A stretch of DNA of 64,000 nt from an uncultured Gemmatimonadaceae bacterium. Its GTDB lineage: Bacteria; Gemmatimonadota; Gemmatimonadetes; Gemmatimonadales; Gemmatimonadaceae. The translations under genes were made by a program, and so were the position numbers. Where the stretch lies: assembly GCA_963740355.1 (NCBI GenBank), contig CAVUDW010000003.1, positions 1,248,001 to 1,312,000 on the forward strand, in the 5' to 3' direction. The notes below the pieces were generated by a model. It was not told where the DNA came from, made no database searches, and saw only the letters and a list, made by a program, of their open reading frames with translations. This document shows, in pieces, positions 47,060-58,358 of the stretch (the first letter of the stretch is position 1; every line of letters starts with the position of its first letter).

Positions 47060-50000
47060 CTAGAACGTTCCGGGCGGACGACCACCGCCACCGCCGCCAC
47101 CAGGGCCGCCGAAGCCCTGCGGCGTCTTGATGCGAGCGGGAACACGATTCCACTGGTCCGCGGTGAGAATCGCCTTCGCGCCTTCGGTGCCGGCAGTGCG
47201 GAGGCGCGTGCCGCGCTCGAAGAACGGGCGCAGCTTCACGCCGAAGAGCACGGCCGGATCGGGGTTGCCGCCTTCCTTCTCGACCACCGCGCGTGCCGCA
47301 GCGGTGAGCGAGTCGACCTGCGTCTGGATCGAGTCGGCGAGCACCTTCAGCTTCGCCACTTCAGCATCGGTGAGGCCAACCGAATCGCGCGCTTCGATGA
47401 TCTGCTGCGGCACGTTGGGGAAGAAGCGACCGACACCGGCAGCGATGCCTTCGCCTGTCAGGCGACCACCCTGCGGTGCGCCGAAGACAGCGCGCAGGCG
47501 ATCACGCGTCTGGTCGGGGCCAAGCGTGTAACGGATGTTGAAGCCGACCTGGAACGGCAGGCGGATACCAGTCTGGTTGCCGCGCACCGCGCCGAAGCGC
47601 TCGTTGACTTCGTACTTGTAGCGATTCGTGTTCGGATCGAAGCCGCGCACATACAGCAGCGTGTTGTCGGGCTGCGTGAACGAGCCCCAGCCGCGCAGGT
47701 TGTCGCTGCCATGCAGCGCCTGGTCGATGCCGCCGATCAGGTTGGCCGTGACGAGCGAGAACGTCAGGCGACGATCGAGCTTGAACATCGTCGGACGCCA
47801 GTTCAGCTGGAGGTCGAAGCCAGGCTGCCACGGACCGTAGCACGAGTTGCGTGCCGACAGCGTGCCAACCTGCGCCTGCAGGCAGGAACGAGCGGCGTTG
47901 CCCGACGACGCCAGCAACTTCGCCATGCCAGCGGCCAGTTCCGGATCACCGGCGGTCGCAGGATCGTAGATGAACGCGCGGTCGTTGCGTGCGCCATCGC
48001 CGTTGATGTCGGCACTGACCAGCGGCGTGAACGGCGAGCCGGAGGTCGCACGGCCGATGGCAGTGATCTCGAAGCTCGACGTCAGCGGATGCGTGACGGT
48101 GAAGATGATGTTGTGCTTGCGATTGAATGAGCTCGGGGCCCACTCGCGATCATTCGGGTTGCCGACCGTGGTGGCCGAACCGAAGCCGCCACCTGCGCCG
48201 CCGAACGCAAAGCCACCCTGCGCCTGTGCATCAGCGTAGGTGTAGCTGGCATTGATGATCGCACCGCGGCTGGTGAAGCCACCGAGCGACACCGTGCCCT
48301 GCCACTGCTTCGACTTGTTGAGCGAATTCACGTCGTACACCGAGCCGAAGCGCTGATCGACGCGCGACAGCTGCGTCGGCACGGCGCCGGTGGTGGTGAT
48401 GATCGACGATGCCGGCACGAACACCGGGCGATTGCCTTCCGAGGCCAGCACGAACTGCGGCGTCGTGTTCAGGTTCAGGTCGCGGTAGCCAGTCTGGGCC
48501 TCGCCGCGTGCCATGCTGAAGTCGACGTTCAGGCTCATGCGTCCGAAGATGCGCTTGTTGGCGCCAAGCGAACCGCGCCATGCACGCGGATTCGCGTAGT
48601 CGCTGCTGAACGTGGTCACGTTGCGCGCCGTGTTCAGCTGCGCCGGCGGTCCACCCGCGGTGCACTGCGTCGGGATGGAGGCCGAGTTGGCGAAGTACGA
48701 ATTCCAATCCGGCACCGGCACACCATCGCCGACGCAGAAGATGGCCTGTTCACCGGTGGCGAGGCCGGTGGCCGTCTGCGCGCCCGAGAAGAGCTGCGTG
48801 TTCGGCGCATCACGGAAGCGGCCGATACCACCGCTGATCCGCAGCGCGCCGTTGCCGAACGGGTTACCGCCATTGGCGTTGGCCGGCTGCACCGGTGACC
48901 AGCTGAATCCGACGCGCGGGAGGAACGCGGCATCGTTCGGGATCACGTCAGTGCGACGGCCGAACACGGAGTCCACCGCAAGATTGCGCGCCGGTGCACC
49001 GCTGAACGACGACGCTTCGAACCGGCCACCCAGCACCAGCTGCAAACCGTCACGCGGGCGCCAGGTGTCACCGATGTAGATGCCGGAGTTCGTGGTATGA
49101 CCCGTGCGCTCCGGCGATGCCAGCGTGCGCTGGAAAATCGCAGGCCGGTTGGCCTCGAAGTCGGCCAGCGAATTGAACGTGAACGTGCCGAAGCGGTTGA
49201 ACGCCTGATCCTGCGTGTACCCGGTCTGGTTGATCAACCCACCGACCTTCACGCGGTGCTTGCCTTCATCGAGGAGCAACGACGTTTCGTTGGTCGCCTC
49301 GAACACCGTGTTGTCACTCTGCGACAGCAGCGACGTGCTGCCGCCGAACTGCAGCGTGCTGAGGCCCTGCGTGCCGTCGCTGAGATCGGAGAGGATCTGC
49401 ACCCGGCCGAGTGGCAACGTGATGAACGGCGTGCCCGTGCGATTGTCGATCTGCAGGCCGGCGCGCAATTCGTTCACCACCGCCGTGCCGAAGCGCGACG
49501 ACAACACCACCGAGCCACCACCACCGCGGTTTTCCGTCGTCCCACCGGTCTGCGGCAGCGCCAGCGATCCGACACGCGTCGGCGTCTGGTCTACCAGGCG
49601 CCAGTCACCGCGCAGCGTCAGCGTGTGGGCGTCGGAAATCGAATAGTCCATGCGACCGAGCGCGGTCATGTTGTCCGCATTCCGGTTGTCATCGATCACA
49701 CCACCGGCACCGGCCACGCCGTAGCCATTGACCAGCGACAGGAAGCGGTTCACCGAGTCCGGCGATGCGCCCAATCGGGCACGGGTCGCGTCATCCGCGG
49801 CCAGCAACGACGGCAGCAGGTCGGCCTTGCGGCGACCCTGCAGGGCGCCGAAGAAGAACAGCTTGTCCTTGATGATCGGGAAGCCGATGCCGGCGCCGAA
49901 CTGATTCTGGTTGTAGGCGCCACCGAAGGCACCCGACGTCCCGCCCTGCTCGACCGTGAAGTCGCGGTAGCGACCGATGTACGAGAGCGAACCCTGAATC

Positions 50001-50773
50001 ACGTTCGTCCCGCTGCGCGTGGTCTGCGACACCTGGCCACCAGAGAACTGGCCGCGCGCGACATCATATGTGTTGGTGACGACACGCGTGCCGCGAATGG
50101 CGTCCTGCGGCACGAACCCGGCCGCGAACGACAGACCGTCGAGGGTGACGTTATTGCTCTGTGACGACTGGCCGGCCACGCTGAAGTTGGCCGCGCTGCC
50201 GCCACCCGAGGTGTCCGCGCTGGTCAGCACCACACCGGGTGCAAGTGCGGCGATAGCCGACGGGTCGGAGGCGTCGACCGGCAGGCGCGCGGCCTGACCG
50301 CCATCGACGACACGTTCCGAGCTGCCCGGAGCCGGCGGTCCGCCACCGGGCCCGTTCTGGTTCGGGCGGCGCGAGCCACGCACTTCGACGCGAGCCAGCG
50401 TCTGCGCGGTGCTCTGCCCCAGCGTGATGTTGCGCACGATGCGGTCATCGTCGCCGTTGCGCGTCACGGTCAGCGTGGTGGGCTGGAAACCGATGTAGCG
50501 TACCGTCAGGCGGTAGGTGCCACCGCCGTCGGGGAACAGGATCGTGTACTTGCCCTGCGCGTTGGTGCGCTGGCGACGCGTGACCTGTGTTTCGGTGGAC
50601 TGCGCCTCGACCTGCGCATTCTCGACCGGCACACCCGCCGGCGTCTTCACGACACCGGTGATGATGTCGGTGGAGGCGCCGACCTGTGCCAGCAACGCGG
50701 CGGGAAGGGCTACCAGCGACAGGAGCGGAAGCAAGAACCGGCGCAGTCGGCGCGCCTTCAGTATGTGATGCAT
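47060..50773 (-). CDS. TonB-dependent receptor (Oar-like) with N-terminal carboxypeptidase-regulatory-like domain
   Basis: Signal peptide, ITGVV...TNAQGKY...YIGF, plug NNVTLDG...GQFSGG...TRSGTN, PIIKDKLFFF, PRVGFSW; start at ATG 50773. Confidence 0.88.
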   Translation of the reverse strand: MHHILKARRLRRFLLPLLSLVALPAALLAQVGASTDIITGVVKTPAGVPVENAQVEAQSTETQVTRRQRTNAQGKYTILFPDGGGTYRLTVRYIGFQPTTLTVTRNGDDDRIVRNITLGQSTAQTLARVEVRGSRRPNQNGPGGGPPAPGSSERVVDGGQAARLPVDASDPSAIAALAPGVVLTSADTSGGGSAANFSVAGQSSQSNNVTLDGLSFAAGFVPQDAIRGTRVVTNTYDVARGQFSGGQVSQTTRSGTNVIQGSLSYIGRYRDFTVEQGGTSGAFGGAYNQNQFGAGIGFPIIKDKLFFFGALQGRRKADLLPSLLAADDATRARLGASPDSVNRFLSLVNGYGVAGAGGVIDDNRNADNMTALGRMDYSISDAHTLTLRGDWRLVDQTPTRVGSLALPQTGGTTENRGGGGSVVLSSRFGTAVVNELRAGLQIDNRTGTPFITLPLGRVQILSDLSDGTQGLSTLQFGGSTSLLSQSDNTVFEATNETSLLLDEGKHRVKVGGLINQTGYTQDQAFNRFGTFTFNSLADFEANRPAIFQRTLASPERTGHTTNSGIYIGDTWRPRDGLQLVLGGRFEASSFSGAPARNLAVDSVFGRRTDVIPNDAAFLPRVGFSWSPVQPANANGGNPFGNGALRISGGIGRFRDAPNTQLFSGAQTATGLATGEQAIFCVGDGVPVPDWNSYFANSASIPTQCTAGGPPAQLNTARNVTTFSSDYANPRAWRGSLGANKRIFGRMSLNVDFSMARGEAQTGYRDLNLNTTPQFVLASEGNRPVFVPASSIITTTGAVPTQLSRVDQRFGSVYDVNSLNKSKQWQGTVSLGGFTSRGAIINASYTYADAQAQGGFAFGGAGGGFGSATTVGNPNDREWAPSSFNRKHNIIFTVTHPLTSSFEITAIGRATSGSPFTPLVSADINGDGARNDRAFIYDPATAGDPELAAGMAKLLASSGNAARSCLQAQVGTLSARNSCYGPWQPGFDLQLNWRPTMFKLDRRLTFSLVTANLIGGIDQALHGSDNLRGWGSFTQPDNTLLYVRGFDPNTNRYKYEVNERFGAVRGNQTGIRLPFQVGFNIRYTLGPDQTRDRLRAVFGAPQGGRLTGEGIAAGVGRFFPNVPQQIIEARDSVGLTDAEVAKLKVLADSIQTQVDSLTAAARAVVEKEGGNPDPAVLFGVKLRPFFERGTRLRTAGTEGAKAILTADQWNRVPARIKTPQGFGGPGGGGGGGRPPGTF

Positions 50774-51102
50774 AGTCAGTCGTCGATCGGAGAGAGCGGA
50801 GTGCACGGTGCGCAGCTGGCACATCCGGACAGGAAAAGGCTCGGCAGCAGTGTGCCCAGTCGGAGGGGAGTACGCTGCGCGCGGACCGAGCGTTGGTAAC
50901 GAGAAATCCGACGACTGGACGCACGGTCCAATCAGGGTGGTCGAGCACGCCGCGCAGCCACGCGACAGGGCGTATACGCGCAAGCCGGTCCGAAGGTGTC
51001 CGGGCAGCGGGCGAGTGCCGGTCCAGCGGACACGAGCGTCGGTGCGTAACGTTTGCTGATTCCCTTCTATCGACTGTTTCACCCGTTACGGGGCCACGCG
51101 CC

Positions 51103-53490
51103 ATGCTTTTGCGTCCGTACTCCATCGCCGCCACGCTGTTCTTGACGGCTGCCCTGCCACTGGCGGCGCAAACACCAGCAGCCTCGCCGGCAACCGGCGT
51201 CCGCTACGATCGTGCGGAACAGCTGCTTTCGTGGAACAGCACGCGGCTCGTCACGGGCGACGAAGTCCAGGCGCAGTGGATGAAAGACGGCGCGCGCTTC
51301 TGGTACCGCAACAAGGTCCGGCAGGGCGCTGAGTTCGTGCTCGTCGATCCAGTGCGCGGCGCGCGCGACCTCCTGTTCGACAACGCGAAACTTGCCGCCG
51401 CCATCAGCACGGCCGCTGACACGAGCATCGACCCGACCAAGCTGCCGTTCCGCACCTTCAAGTTTGCGAAGGATGGCGACGACGAGCGCAACATCGAGTT
51501 CCGCTTCGGCAAGCGCCGCCTGACCTGCGACATCGCGTCGTACCGCTGCATCGCCGCCGACACGCTGCCCAGTGACGTGCCGTTCGTGCTCAGCCCGGAC
51601 CGGAAGTGGGAAGCGTATGTCCGTGGCTACGACGTGTACGTTCGTCCGCGCGGCGCAGCCGCCGACTCGGTGCGCCTCACCACCGACGGCGTAGCCAACT
51701 GGAGCTACGGCCTGGGCGACCCGTCGCCGCAGGATCGTTTGCAGACGACACCTCGTCCGCGCCGACCGCAGATCAAGTGGGCGCCTGATTCGAGGCACCT
51801 GATCGTGAGCCGACAGGATACCCGCGGCGTGGCCACGATGCCGTACATCAGCTACACCACGCAGCGTCCTCGCGCATTCACGCAGCCGTACGCCCTGCCT
51901 GGCGACAGCGTGATCCCGAAGCCTGGTTTTCACATCCTCGATCGCGAAGCGAAGACGAACGTCCGCGTGCAACTCGATCCTGCGCCGGCGCAGGCGTCGT
52001 GGAACCTCTCGGCACGTGACTCGGTGTGGAACACCACCAGCTCACGCGTCTACCTGACCACGATGTCGCGCGCCTCGAAGGTTGCGACGCTGCTGGAAGT
52101 CGATGCCACCAGTGGCGCGATTCGTCGCCTCGCCGCCGACTCCGCCAAGACCTTCGTCGAGACGGGCAACCCTGTCGACCCGACACCGACGTATGTGACG
52201 CAGGACGGCGAGTCGATCGTCTGGTCGGAGCGCGATGGCTGGGGTCACCTGTACCGCAATGGTGCCGACGGCCAGCTGAAGAATCGCATCACCGAAGGCC
52301 CGTGGCAGGTTGGCACGATCGTGGCCGTGGACGAGAAGCTGAAGAAGATCTGGTTCACCGGTCGTGGTCGCGAGACGGATGCATTCCTCTACTACGCCCA
52401 GCTGTACTCGGTGAATTTCGACGGCACCGGCATGACCCGCCTGTCCACTGAGGACGGCGATCATCGCGTGCAGGTGAGCCCGAACAATCGCTGGATCGTC
52501 GACAGCTACTCACGGGTCGAGTCGCCGCCGGTGACGGTGCTGCGCGATGCGTTGACGGGGCGCGTGGTGAAGAAGCTCGAGACGGCCGACGCCTCGCAGC
52601 TGGCCGCACTCGGCTTCAAGGGTGCGCGCGTCTTCACCGCCAAGGCACGCGATGGCGTGACGGACCTCTACGGCGTGATGTACCTGCCGTCGAATCTCGA
52701 CTCGACCCGCAAGTATCCGATCATCTCGAACATCTACCCGGGCCCGCAGGTCGGCTCGGTGGGTGGCTGGAACTACAAGGCGGCGGGTGAGCCGGCCGCC
52801 ATCGCGGAGCTGGGCTTCATCGTGGTGCAGATCGACCACCTCGGCACGCCGCTGCGCAGCAAGGCCTTCCACGACAACTACTACGGCAACTTCGGCGACA
52901 ACGGCCTGCCCGATCACATCGCCGTGATCAAGCAGCTCGCCAGTCGCTTCGGCTTCATCGACATCGAGAAGGTCGGCATCTTCGGCCACTCGGGCGGCGG
53001 CTTCGCCAGCACCGACGCCATGCTGCGGTATCCGGACTTCTTCAAGGTGGCGGTGAGCGGCGCGGGCAACCACGACAACCGCAGCTACAACATCTACTGG
53101 GCGGAGAAGTATCAGGGCTTGCTGCGTCGCGATACCACGCGCCGCACCGACAACTTCGCCACCGAAGCGAACGCCTCACTTGCCACGAACCTGAAGGGCC
53201 ACCTGCTGCTGATGCACGGCGACATGGACGACAACGTGCACCCGGCGATGACGATTCAGCTGGTGGATGCGTTGATCAAGGCCAACCGGTCGTTCGATCT
53301 CGTGATCGCGCCGAACCGTCCGCACTCGCTCAACGAGCCGTACTTCATTCGGCGGCGTTGGGACTATTTCGTGGAGCACCTGCTTGGCGCCGTCCCGCCG
53401 AACAACTACCTGATCGTGCGACCCACGGACGCCGGTGGCGGCGATGGGCAGACGCCAGACGAGGACGACGGCGAGATTCCGCCGTATTGA
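51103..53490 (+). CDS. S9 family dipeptidyl-peptidase IV-like secreted peptidase
   Basis: Signal peptide, SERDGWGHLY, YPGP, GHSGGG nucleophile, HGDMDDNVHP, catalytic His in RPHS. Confidence 0.93.
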   Translation: MLLRPYSIAATLFLTAALPLAAQTPAASPATGVRYDRAEQLLSWNSTRLVTGDEVQAQWMKDGARFWYRNKVRQGAEFVLVDPVRGARDLLFDNAKLAAAISTAADTSIDPTKLPFRTFKFAKDGDDERNIEFRFGKRRLTCDIASYRCIAADTLPSDVPFVLSPDRKWEAYVRGYDVYVRPRGAAADSVRLTTDGVANWSYGLGDPSPQDRLQTTPRPRRPQIKWAPDSRHLIVSRQDTRGVATMPYISYTTQRPRAFTQPYALPGDSVIPKPGFHILDREAKTNVRVQLDPAPAQASWNLSARDSVWNTTSSRVYLTTMSRASKVATLLEVDATSGAIRRLAADSAKTFVETGNPVDPTPTYVTQDGESIVWSERDGWGHLYRNGADGQLKNRITEGPWQVGTIVAVDEKLKKIWFTGRGRETDAFLYYAQLYSVNFDGTGMTRLSTEDGDHRVQVSPNNRWIVDSYSRVESPPVTVLRDALTGRVVKKLETADASQLAALGFKGARVFTAKARDGVTDLYGVMYLPSNLDSTRKYPIISNIYPGPQVGSVGGWNYKAAGEPAAIAELGFIVVQIDHLGTPLRSKAFHDNYYGNFGDNGLPDHIAVIKQLASRFGFIDIEKVGIFGHSGGGFASTDAMLRYPDFFKVAVSGAGNHDNRSYNIYWAEKYQGLLRRDTTRRTDNFATEANASLATNLKGHLLLMHGDMDDNVHPAMTIQLVDALIKANRSFDLVIAPNRPHSLNEPYFIRRRWDYFVEHLLGAVPPNNYLIVRPTDAGGGDGQTPDEDDGEIPPY

Positions 53491-53505
53491 TATCCTGATC
53501 GTATC

Positions 53506-53544
53506 GAACGGCCGGCGTCGCCCTCTTGGTGACACCGGCCGTTC
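53506..53544 (+). terminator. Stem-loop after the peptidase
   Basis: GAACGGCCGGCGTCGCC/GGTGACACCGGCCGTTC imperfect stem. Confidence 0.55.
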
Positions 53545-53762
53545 TGTCTCAGGCGCGTCGCCAGCTCGTGACACATCCGTGTCGCACCAGATCCACCTGA
53601 TGAGAGCGTCATAATGTTTGCACGACGACGACTCTGCATATTGGGATATTCTGAACCAACTGTTCGTCCCGGTGCCCTTCACCCGATCGCTGCGTTGCAC
53701 TCCACGCCGCCCCTCGCGCCAACCACCATACGCCCCATCTGGCACGGCATGATCGGCGGTAC

Positions 53763-55499
53763 GTGCCGATGATGCTGGCCCTGCCTGACTGGTGGGCCCT
53801 GGCTGTCGCTGCGATCGCGCTGATCGCAGTGCTGGCGAGTGGTGTGCTGGTCGCCGTCCGCCGGCGCAACCAGACGCTGCTCGATCGGGCCCGAACGGCG
53901 GAAGCGACGGCCAACCGCGTCCGCTCCAGTGAGGAGCGTTTTCGGCGCCTGTTCGATCGTGGCGCCGACCCGCAATTGCTGTCGGATGGACAACGCATCG
54001 TGGCAGCCAATCCGGCGGCGATGGCGCTGCTGGCTGATGGCCACGGTGACATGCTGATCGGCATCAGTACCTCGCTCGTCGCCAACGAAACGGCCGCGGC
54101 GCTGGAAGAGGACGATGTGTCGTACGAAACCGATGTGTCGACGGTGCAAGGCAACGCGGTGCCAGTCGCCCTCCGTCGCACCCGCATTCCGCTCGAATCC
54201 GGCATGTTGGTGCACTACCAGTTGCGCGACCTGCGCGACACCAAGCGACTGGAAGCGGAACGTCGCGAGCTGGAGAACCAGCTGCTCGCCAGCCAGCGTC
54301 TCGAAGCCCTCGGCACACTGGCCGGCGGCGTGGCGCACGATTTCAACAACCTGCTGACGGTGATTCGCGCCAACGCCGAGATCGCGCAGGTGGCGATGGC
54401 GGAGCACGACGCGGAAGGGGTGGAGGAATCGTTGACCGCCGTGTTGCAGGCGAGTGATCGCGCACGGGACATCGTGAAGCAGATCCTGCTCTTCTCGCGA
54501 CGCTCGGTCCCGATGCATGCACGGATCAACCTCGCGGCACTGATCACCGATGCGCAGACGTTGCTGCGAGCCACGATTCCGACCACCGTGCAGTTGATGG
54601 TCGAGGTCCGGACGGCCGATGCATGGATCAACGGCGATGCGACGCAGATGCAGCAACTGCTGCTCAACCTCTGCAGCAATGCCGAACACGCCATGCGCAG
54701 CACCGACGGCGGCATGTTGCGCGTGCGGGTGGACACGGTGAGCCTGCCCGACCCGCAGCATGCGGCCCATCATCCGCACCTGCCGTCGGGTTCGTACGTT
54801 CGGCTCACCGTGCTCGACACCGGCGCCGGCATGAGCGACGATGTGCGGCAGCGGATCTTCGAGCCGTTCTTCACCACCAAGCCAATCGGTGAAGGCACCG
54901 GACTTGGCCTGGCCGTGCTGCATGGCATCGTGATGTCGCATCACGGCTCGGTGCACGTGGACTCGGCTGCCGGGCGCGGCACACAATTCGAGCTGCTGTT
55001 CGGGCTGGTCGCGCCACCGGTCGAAGGGGCGAACGTGATGTTCTCGACGCCGCTCTACACGACGGCCATCGGCACACCGCGCGATCGGCTGGCGGTGACG
55101 AATGACGCGCCGTTGATCCTGCTGGTGGATGACGAACCTGGGATCCTGCGTGCGGCGGAGCGTGGGATCGTGGCCGCCGGCATGCGGGTGATCACGGCCA
55201 ACAGCGCCAGCGCGGCCCTCGACCTGCTGGATGACTACGACGACATCGCGCTCCTGATCACCGACCAGACGATGCCGCACATGACCGGGCTGTCCCTCGC
55301 CGACCATGTCCGCACCCTGCGGCCCACCCTGCCGATCATCCTCAGCACCGGCTACACCGGCCGCGTGACGCCGGAGCAGCTGCGCGACGCCCGCATCGCC
55401 TCGATGCTCGACAAGCCGTACACGCTGACCCAGCTCACGGACACGATTCAGGACACCCTGCGCGCCTCGCGGCGCCAGCGCGTCACCCAGCGGGCCTGA
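53763..55499 (+). CDS. Membrane-anchored PAS hybrid histidine kinase/response regulator
   Basis: TM helix, [33 protein letters not shown], receiver VDDE...DQTMP...KP. Confidence 0.92.
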   Translation: MPMMLALPDWWALAVAAIALIAVLASGVLVAVRRRNQTLLDRARTAEATANRVRSSEERFRRLFDRGADPQLLSDGQRIVAANPAAMALLADGHGDMLIGISTSLVANETAAALEEDDVSYETDVSTVQGNAVPVALRRTRIPLESGMLVHYQLRDLRDTKRLEAERRELENQLLASQRLEALGTLAGGVAHDFNNLLTVIRANAEIAQVAMAEHDAEGVEESLTAVLQASDRARDIVKQILLFSRRSVPMHARINLAALITDAQTLLRATIPTTVQLMVEVRTADAWINGDATQMQQLLLNLCSNAEHAMRSTDGGMLRVRVDTVSLPDPQHAAHHPHLPSGSYVRLTVLDTGAGMSDDVRQRIFEPFFTTKPIGEGTGLGLAVLHGIVMSHHGSVHVDSAAGRGTQFELLFGLVAPPVEGANVMFSTPLYTTAIGTPRDRLAVTNDAPLILLVDDEPGILRAAERGIVAAGMRVITANSASAALDLLDDYDDIALLITDQTMPHMTGLSLADHVRTLRPTLPIILSTGYTGRVTPEQLRDARIASMLDKPYTLTQLTDTIQDTLRASRRQRVTQRA

Positions 55500-55571
55500 T
55501 CCGGACTATCTTCCGAGGTCTGGGCGGCGCGGTGCCGCCGGAGACCCAAGAATCCTCAGTCCCGACTCCCC

Positions 55572-57023
55572 TTGCCTGTCCCCACGTTCGCATCCCTGTC
55601 GCTTGACGCGGCCCTCATGCAAGCCGTCAAGGAATTGGGGTTCGCGCGGCCGACGCCCATCCAGACCGACTCCATCCCGCCAGCGCGTGACGGCCGGGAC
55701 GTACTCGCCTGCGCGCAGACCGGCAGCGGCAAGACGGCGGCGTTCCTGCTGCCGATCCTGCACCGGATGCTGGCAGGCAAGCGGGGCACGACCCGGGCGC
55801 TGATCGTGGTGCCGACGCGTGAACTGGCGCTGCAGGTGCTGGAGACGGCGCAGGCGCTGTCGGTGCACACGCCACTGACCAGCGCTGCGATCTACGGCGG
55901 CGTGGGCATGGGCCCGCAAGAGCATGCGTTCCGCACCAAGGTGGACCTGATGGTCGCCACGCCGGGCCGCTTGCTGGATCATCTCTCCAAGCCCTACGCG
56001 TCGCTGGCCGGTGTGCAGCACCTGGTGCTCGACGAAGCGGATCGTATGCTCGACATGGGCTTCCTGCCCGACATCAAGCGCATCCTGTCGCAGCTGCCGG
56101 CGAAGAAGCAGGTGCTGTTGTTCAGCGCGACGATGCCGAGTGCGATCGTCCAGCTGTCGCGCGAGCTGCAGAAGGACGCGGCACAGATCAACCTCGAGCG
56201 TAAATCCGCGCCCGCCAGCGGCATCACGCAGGCGCTCTACCCTGTGTCGCAGGACCTGAAGCCGGCCCTGTTCGTGAAGCTGCTGGAACGCGGTGACATG
56301 CAGGAGGCGCTGGTCTTCACTCGCACCAAGCATCGCGCCAACCGCCTGTTCGAGTTGCTCGAGAAGCACGGCGTGAAGGCCGCGCGCATTCATGGCAATC
56401 GTTCGCAAGCGGCGCGCGTCGCGGCCCTCGACGGATTCAAGAACGGCAGCATTCGTGTGCTGGTCGCGACCGATGTCGCGGCGCGCGGCATCGATGTCGC
56501 GGACCTCGGCCATGTGGTGAACTTCGACGTGCCGGCCCAGCCCGAGGACTACATCCACCGCGTCGGTCGCACCGGCCGCGCTGAGCAGACGGGCGACGCG
56601 TTCACCTTCGTGGCGCCGGAAGAAGAAGCCGATGTGCGCGCGATCGAAAAGGCCGTTGGCCGTCGGTTGCCGCGAGTGACGTTGCCGGACTTCGACTACA
56701 GCGCTCGCACCGCGCAGCAGTTCGAGGTGCCGATTGCCGAACGCATCAAGGAAATCCGCGCACGGAAGGCGGCCGATCGCCAGCGCGCGGCCGAGAAGGC
56801 GGCCCGCAAGGCTGGGCAGCCGGCACCGGCGGCGCGTGGAAGCAGCGGTGGATCGTCGTCAGGCGCATCGCGTCGGCCTGCGGCACCGGCTCGTCCGGCC
56901 GCGGATGGCGGCGGTGCGCGACCGGCAGCCGATGGTGGCGCGCCAGCCCGTCGGCGTCGCCGCGGGGGCAGTGGTGGCAGCGGCGGTGGTCGCTCAGGTA
57001 GCGGATCGCCCTACCGCGAGTAG
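55572..57023 (+). CDS. DEAD-box RNA helicase (RhlE-like)
   Basis: PTPIQ, AQTGSGKT, PTRELA, DEADRMLDMGF, SAT, ARGID, HRVGRTGR, Gly/Arg-rich tail. Confidence 0.96.
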   Translation: MPVPTFASLSLDAALMQAVKELGFARPTPIQTDSIPPARDGRDVLACAQTGSGKTAAFLLPILHRMLAGKRGTTRALIVVPTRELALQVLETAQALSVHTPLTSAAIYGGVGMGPQEHAFRTKVDLMVATPGRLLDHLSKPYASLAGVQHLVLDEADRMLDMGFLPDIKRILSQLPAKKQVLLFSATMPSAIVQLSRELQKDAAQINLERKSAPASGITQALYPVSQDLKPALFVKLLERGDMQEALVFTRTKHRANRLFELLEKHGVKAARIHGNRSQAARVAALDGFKNGSIRVLVATDVAARGIDVADLGHVVNFDVPAQPEDYIHRVGRTGRAEQTGDAFTFVAPEEEADVRAIEKAVGRRLPRVTLPDFDYSARTAQQFEVPIAERIKEIRARKAADRQRAAEKAARKAGQPAPAARGSSGGSSSGASRRPAAPARPAADGGGARPAADGGAPARRRRRGGSGGSGGGRSGSGSPYRE

Positions 57024-57048
57024 TTCTCCAGCGCACGGTACCACGAAA

Positions 57049-57083
57049 CGGGGGCGGCGACAGTCGATACTGTCCCGCCCCCG
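57049..57083. terminator. Stem-loop between convergent genes
   Basis: CGGGGGCGGcGACAGT/ACTGTCCCGCCCCCG. Confidence 0.6.
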
Positions 57084-57140
57084 ATCGCGTCACACCGTCG
57101 ACGCCGGCCGTGCATCGTGCTCCGGCGTCGACAGCCAGGA

Positions 57141-58358
57141 CTATGGCTTGAGCAGCGTTGCCAGCTTCACCAGTGAGTCGGGCGCGAGCGCGCCGCGCAG
57201 TTCATAGTCCAGGCCACGATCGCGCCACCGTACGCTGCTGCGGCCATTGGCCGTCGTGACGACGAATTCCGATGCGGTGTCCTCGGCGTTCGATCGCTTC
57301 TGGGCCGTGAACGATTGCGCGATCGATAGTTCCAGCGCGACGCCCGACGCTGACACATACCGACGCCGCGTCATCGCAGGCACCGACGTTTCTTCGATCG
57401 CGGTATACCCCGCCAGCGGAATGGCTTTCGGTGCGGTCGGCTTGGCAGCACCGCCAGCTCCACTGACCGTTGCACCCGCGAGCGCACTCGCCTCGCGTGC
57501 GCGTTCGTCGGCGGTCTGGCGTCCGGTTTGTTGATTCGCCTGCGCCGGTGCGGCCTGGGGAGCGGCCGGCGCCTGCATCACGCGCACGCCAGCCGGTGCG
57601 CGGTCCTGCGCGCGCGCCTGCGTTTGCGCTTGTGCTTCGGCCATCACGGCCCGCCGTTCACTCGATGCACCCACGCTGTCGAGCATCTGCCCCTGAGCTG
57701 GAGCCACCGCCTTTCGCGCCGCGGACTGCGGCACGATCGCGACCGTCGGCAATGGCGGTGCCATCACCGGCGCGGGAGCTGCCAGACCTGCGGCGTCGCT
57801 ACGATCGGCGCTGGTCGTTTCCGATTCCGCGCGTGGACCACTGCGTGGCTTGACGCGAACCGATGGTGCCGCCGCAGCCACGAACGAATCCGGATGCGCC
57901 TCCACCACACTCGGCATGACACGCGGAACCGCCGACTTCGCCTCCGAACGTGCCGCGGACGGCACCGGCACTTCGAGCGCAGCGCCATCGCCACGCTTGC
58001 CGATTTCATAACTCAGCCCGGCCACCAACAGCAGGCTCGCAGCCAGCGCCACTCGACGCATCGTGAACGTCTGGCGCCGAATGGGTGTGACGGTACCCGG
58101 TGCGATATCTGGCGACGGAGCAACACTCGGCGAGATGGACGGCGCCGCGGGAGCCGCCGGCAAAATCCGCACTGCGCTGCGATCCTCATCCAGCGCGCCG
58201 AGCAGGGTCATCACCTGCCGCGACATGGCCGTGGCTTCTGCGAAGCGACGCGCGCAATCACCGCACGTGGCAAGGTGCGCCTCGACGGATCGGCGTTCCT
58301 CGGCATCGAGCTCGTTGTCGACCAGCGCGTGCAGCGTGCCTTCATCCACGTGCGACAT
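57141..58358 (-). CDS. zf-HC2 (ZAS) transmembrane anti-sigma factor
   Basis: HVDEGTLHALVDNEL...HLATCGDC, TM ALAASLLLVAG, C-terminal VRW...YELRG domain; directly after the ECF sigma. Confidence 0.88.
   Translation of the reverse strand: MSHVDEGTLHALVDNELDAEERRSVEAHLATCGDCARRFAEATAMSRQVMTLLGALDEDRSAVRILPAAPAAPSISPSVAPSPDIAPGTVTPIRRQTFTMRRVALAASLLLVAGLSYEIGKRGDGAALEVPVPSAARSEAKSAVPRVMPSVVEAHPDSFVAAAAPSVRVKPRSGPRAESETTSADRSDAAGLAAPAPVMAPPLPTVAIVPQSAARKAVAPAQGQMLDSVGASSERRAVMAEAQAQTQARAQDRAPAGVRVMQAPAAPQAAPAQANQQTGRQTADERAREASALAGATVSGAGGAAKPTAPKAIPLAGYTAIEETSVPAMTRRRYVSASGVALELSIAQSFTAQKRSNAEDTASEFVVTTANGRSSVRWRDRGLDYELRGALAPDSLVKLATLLKP

Noticed and set aside
50774..51102. Possible riboswitch or sRNA in the 330-bp divergent intergenic region
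   Set aside because: No cobalamin, TPP or c-di-GMP consensus is recognisable by eye.
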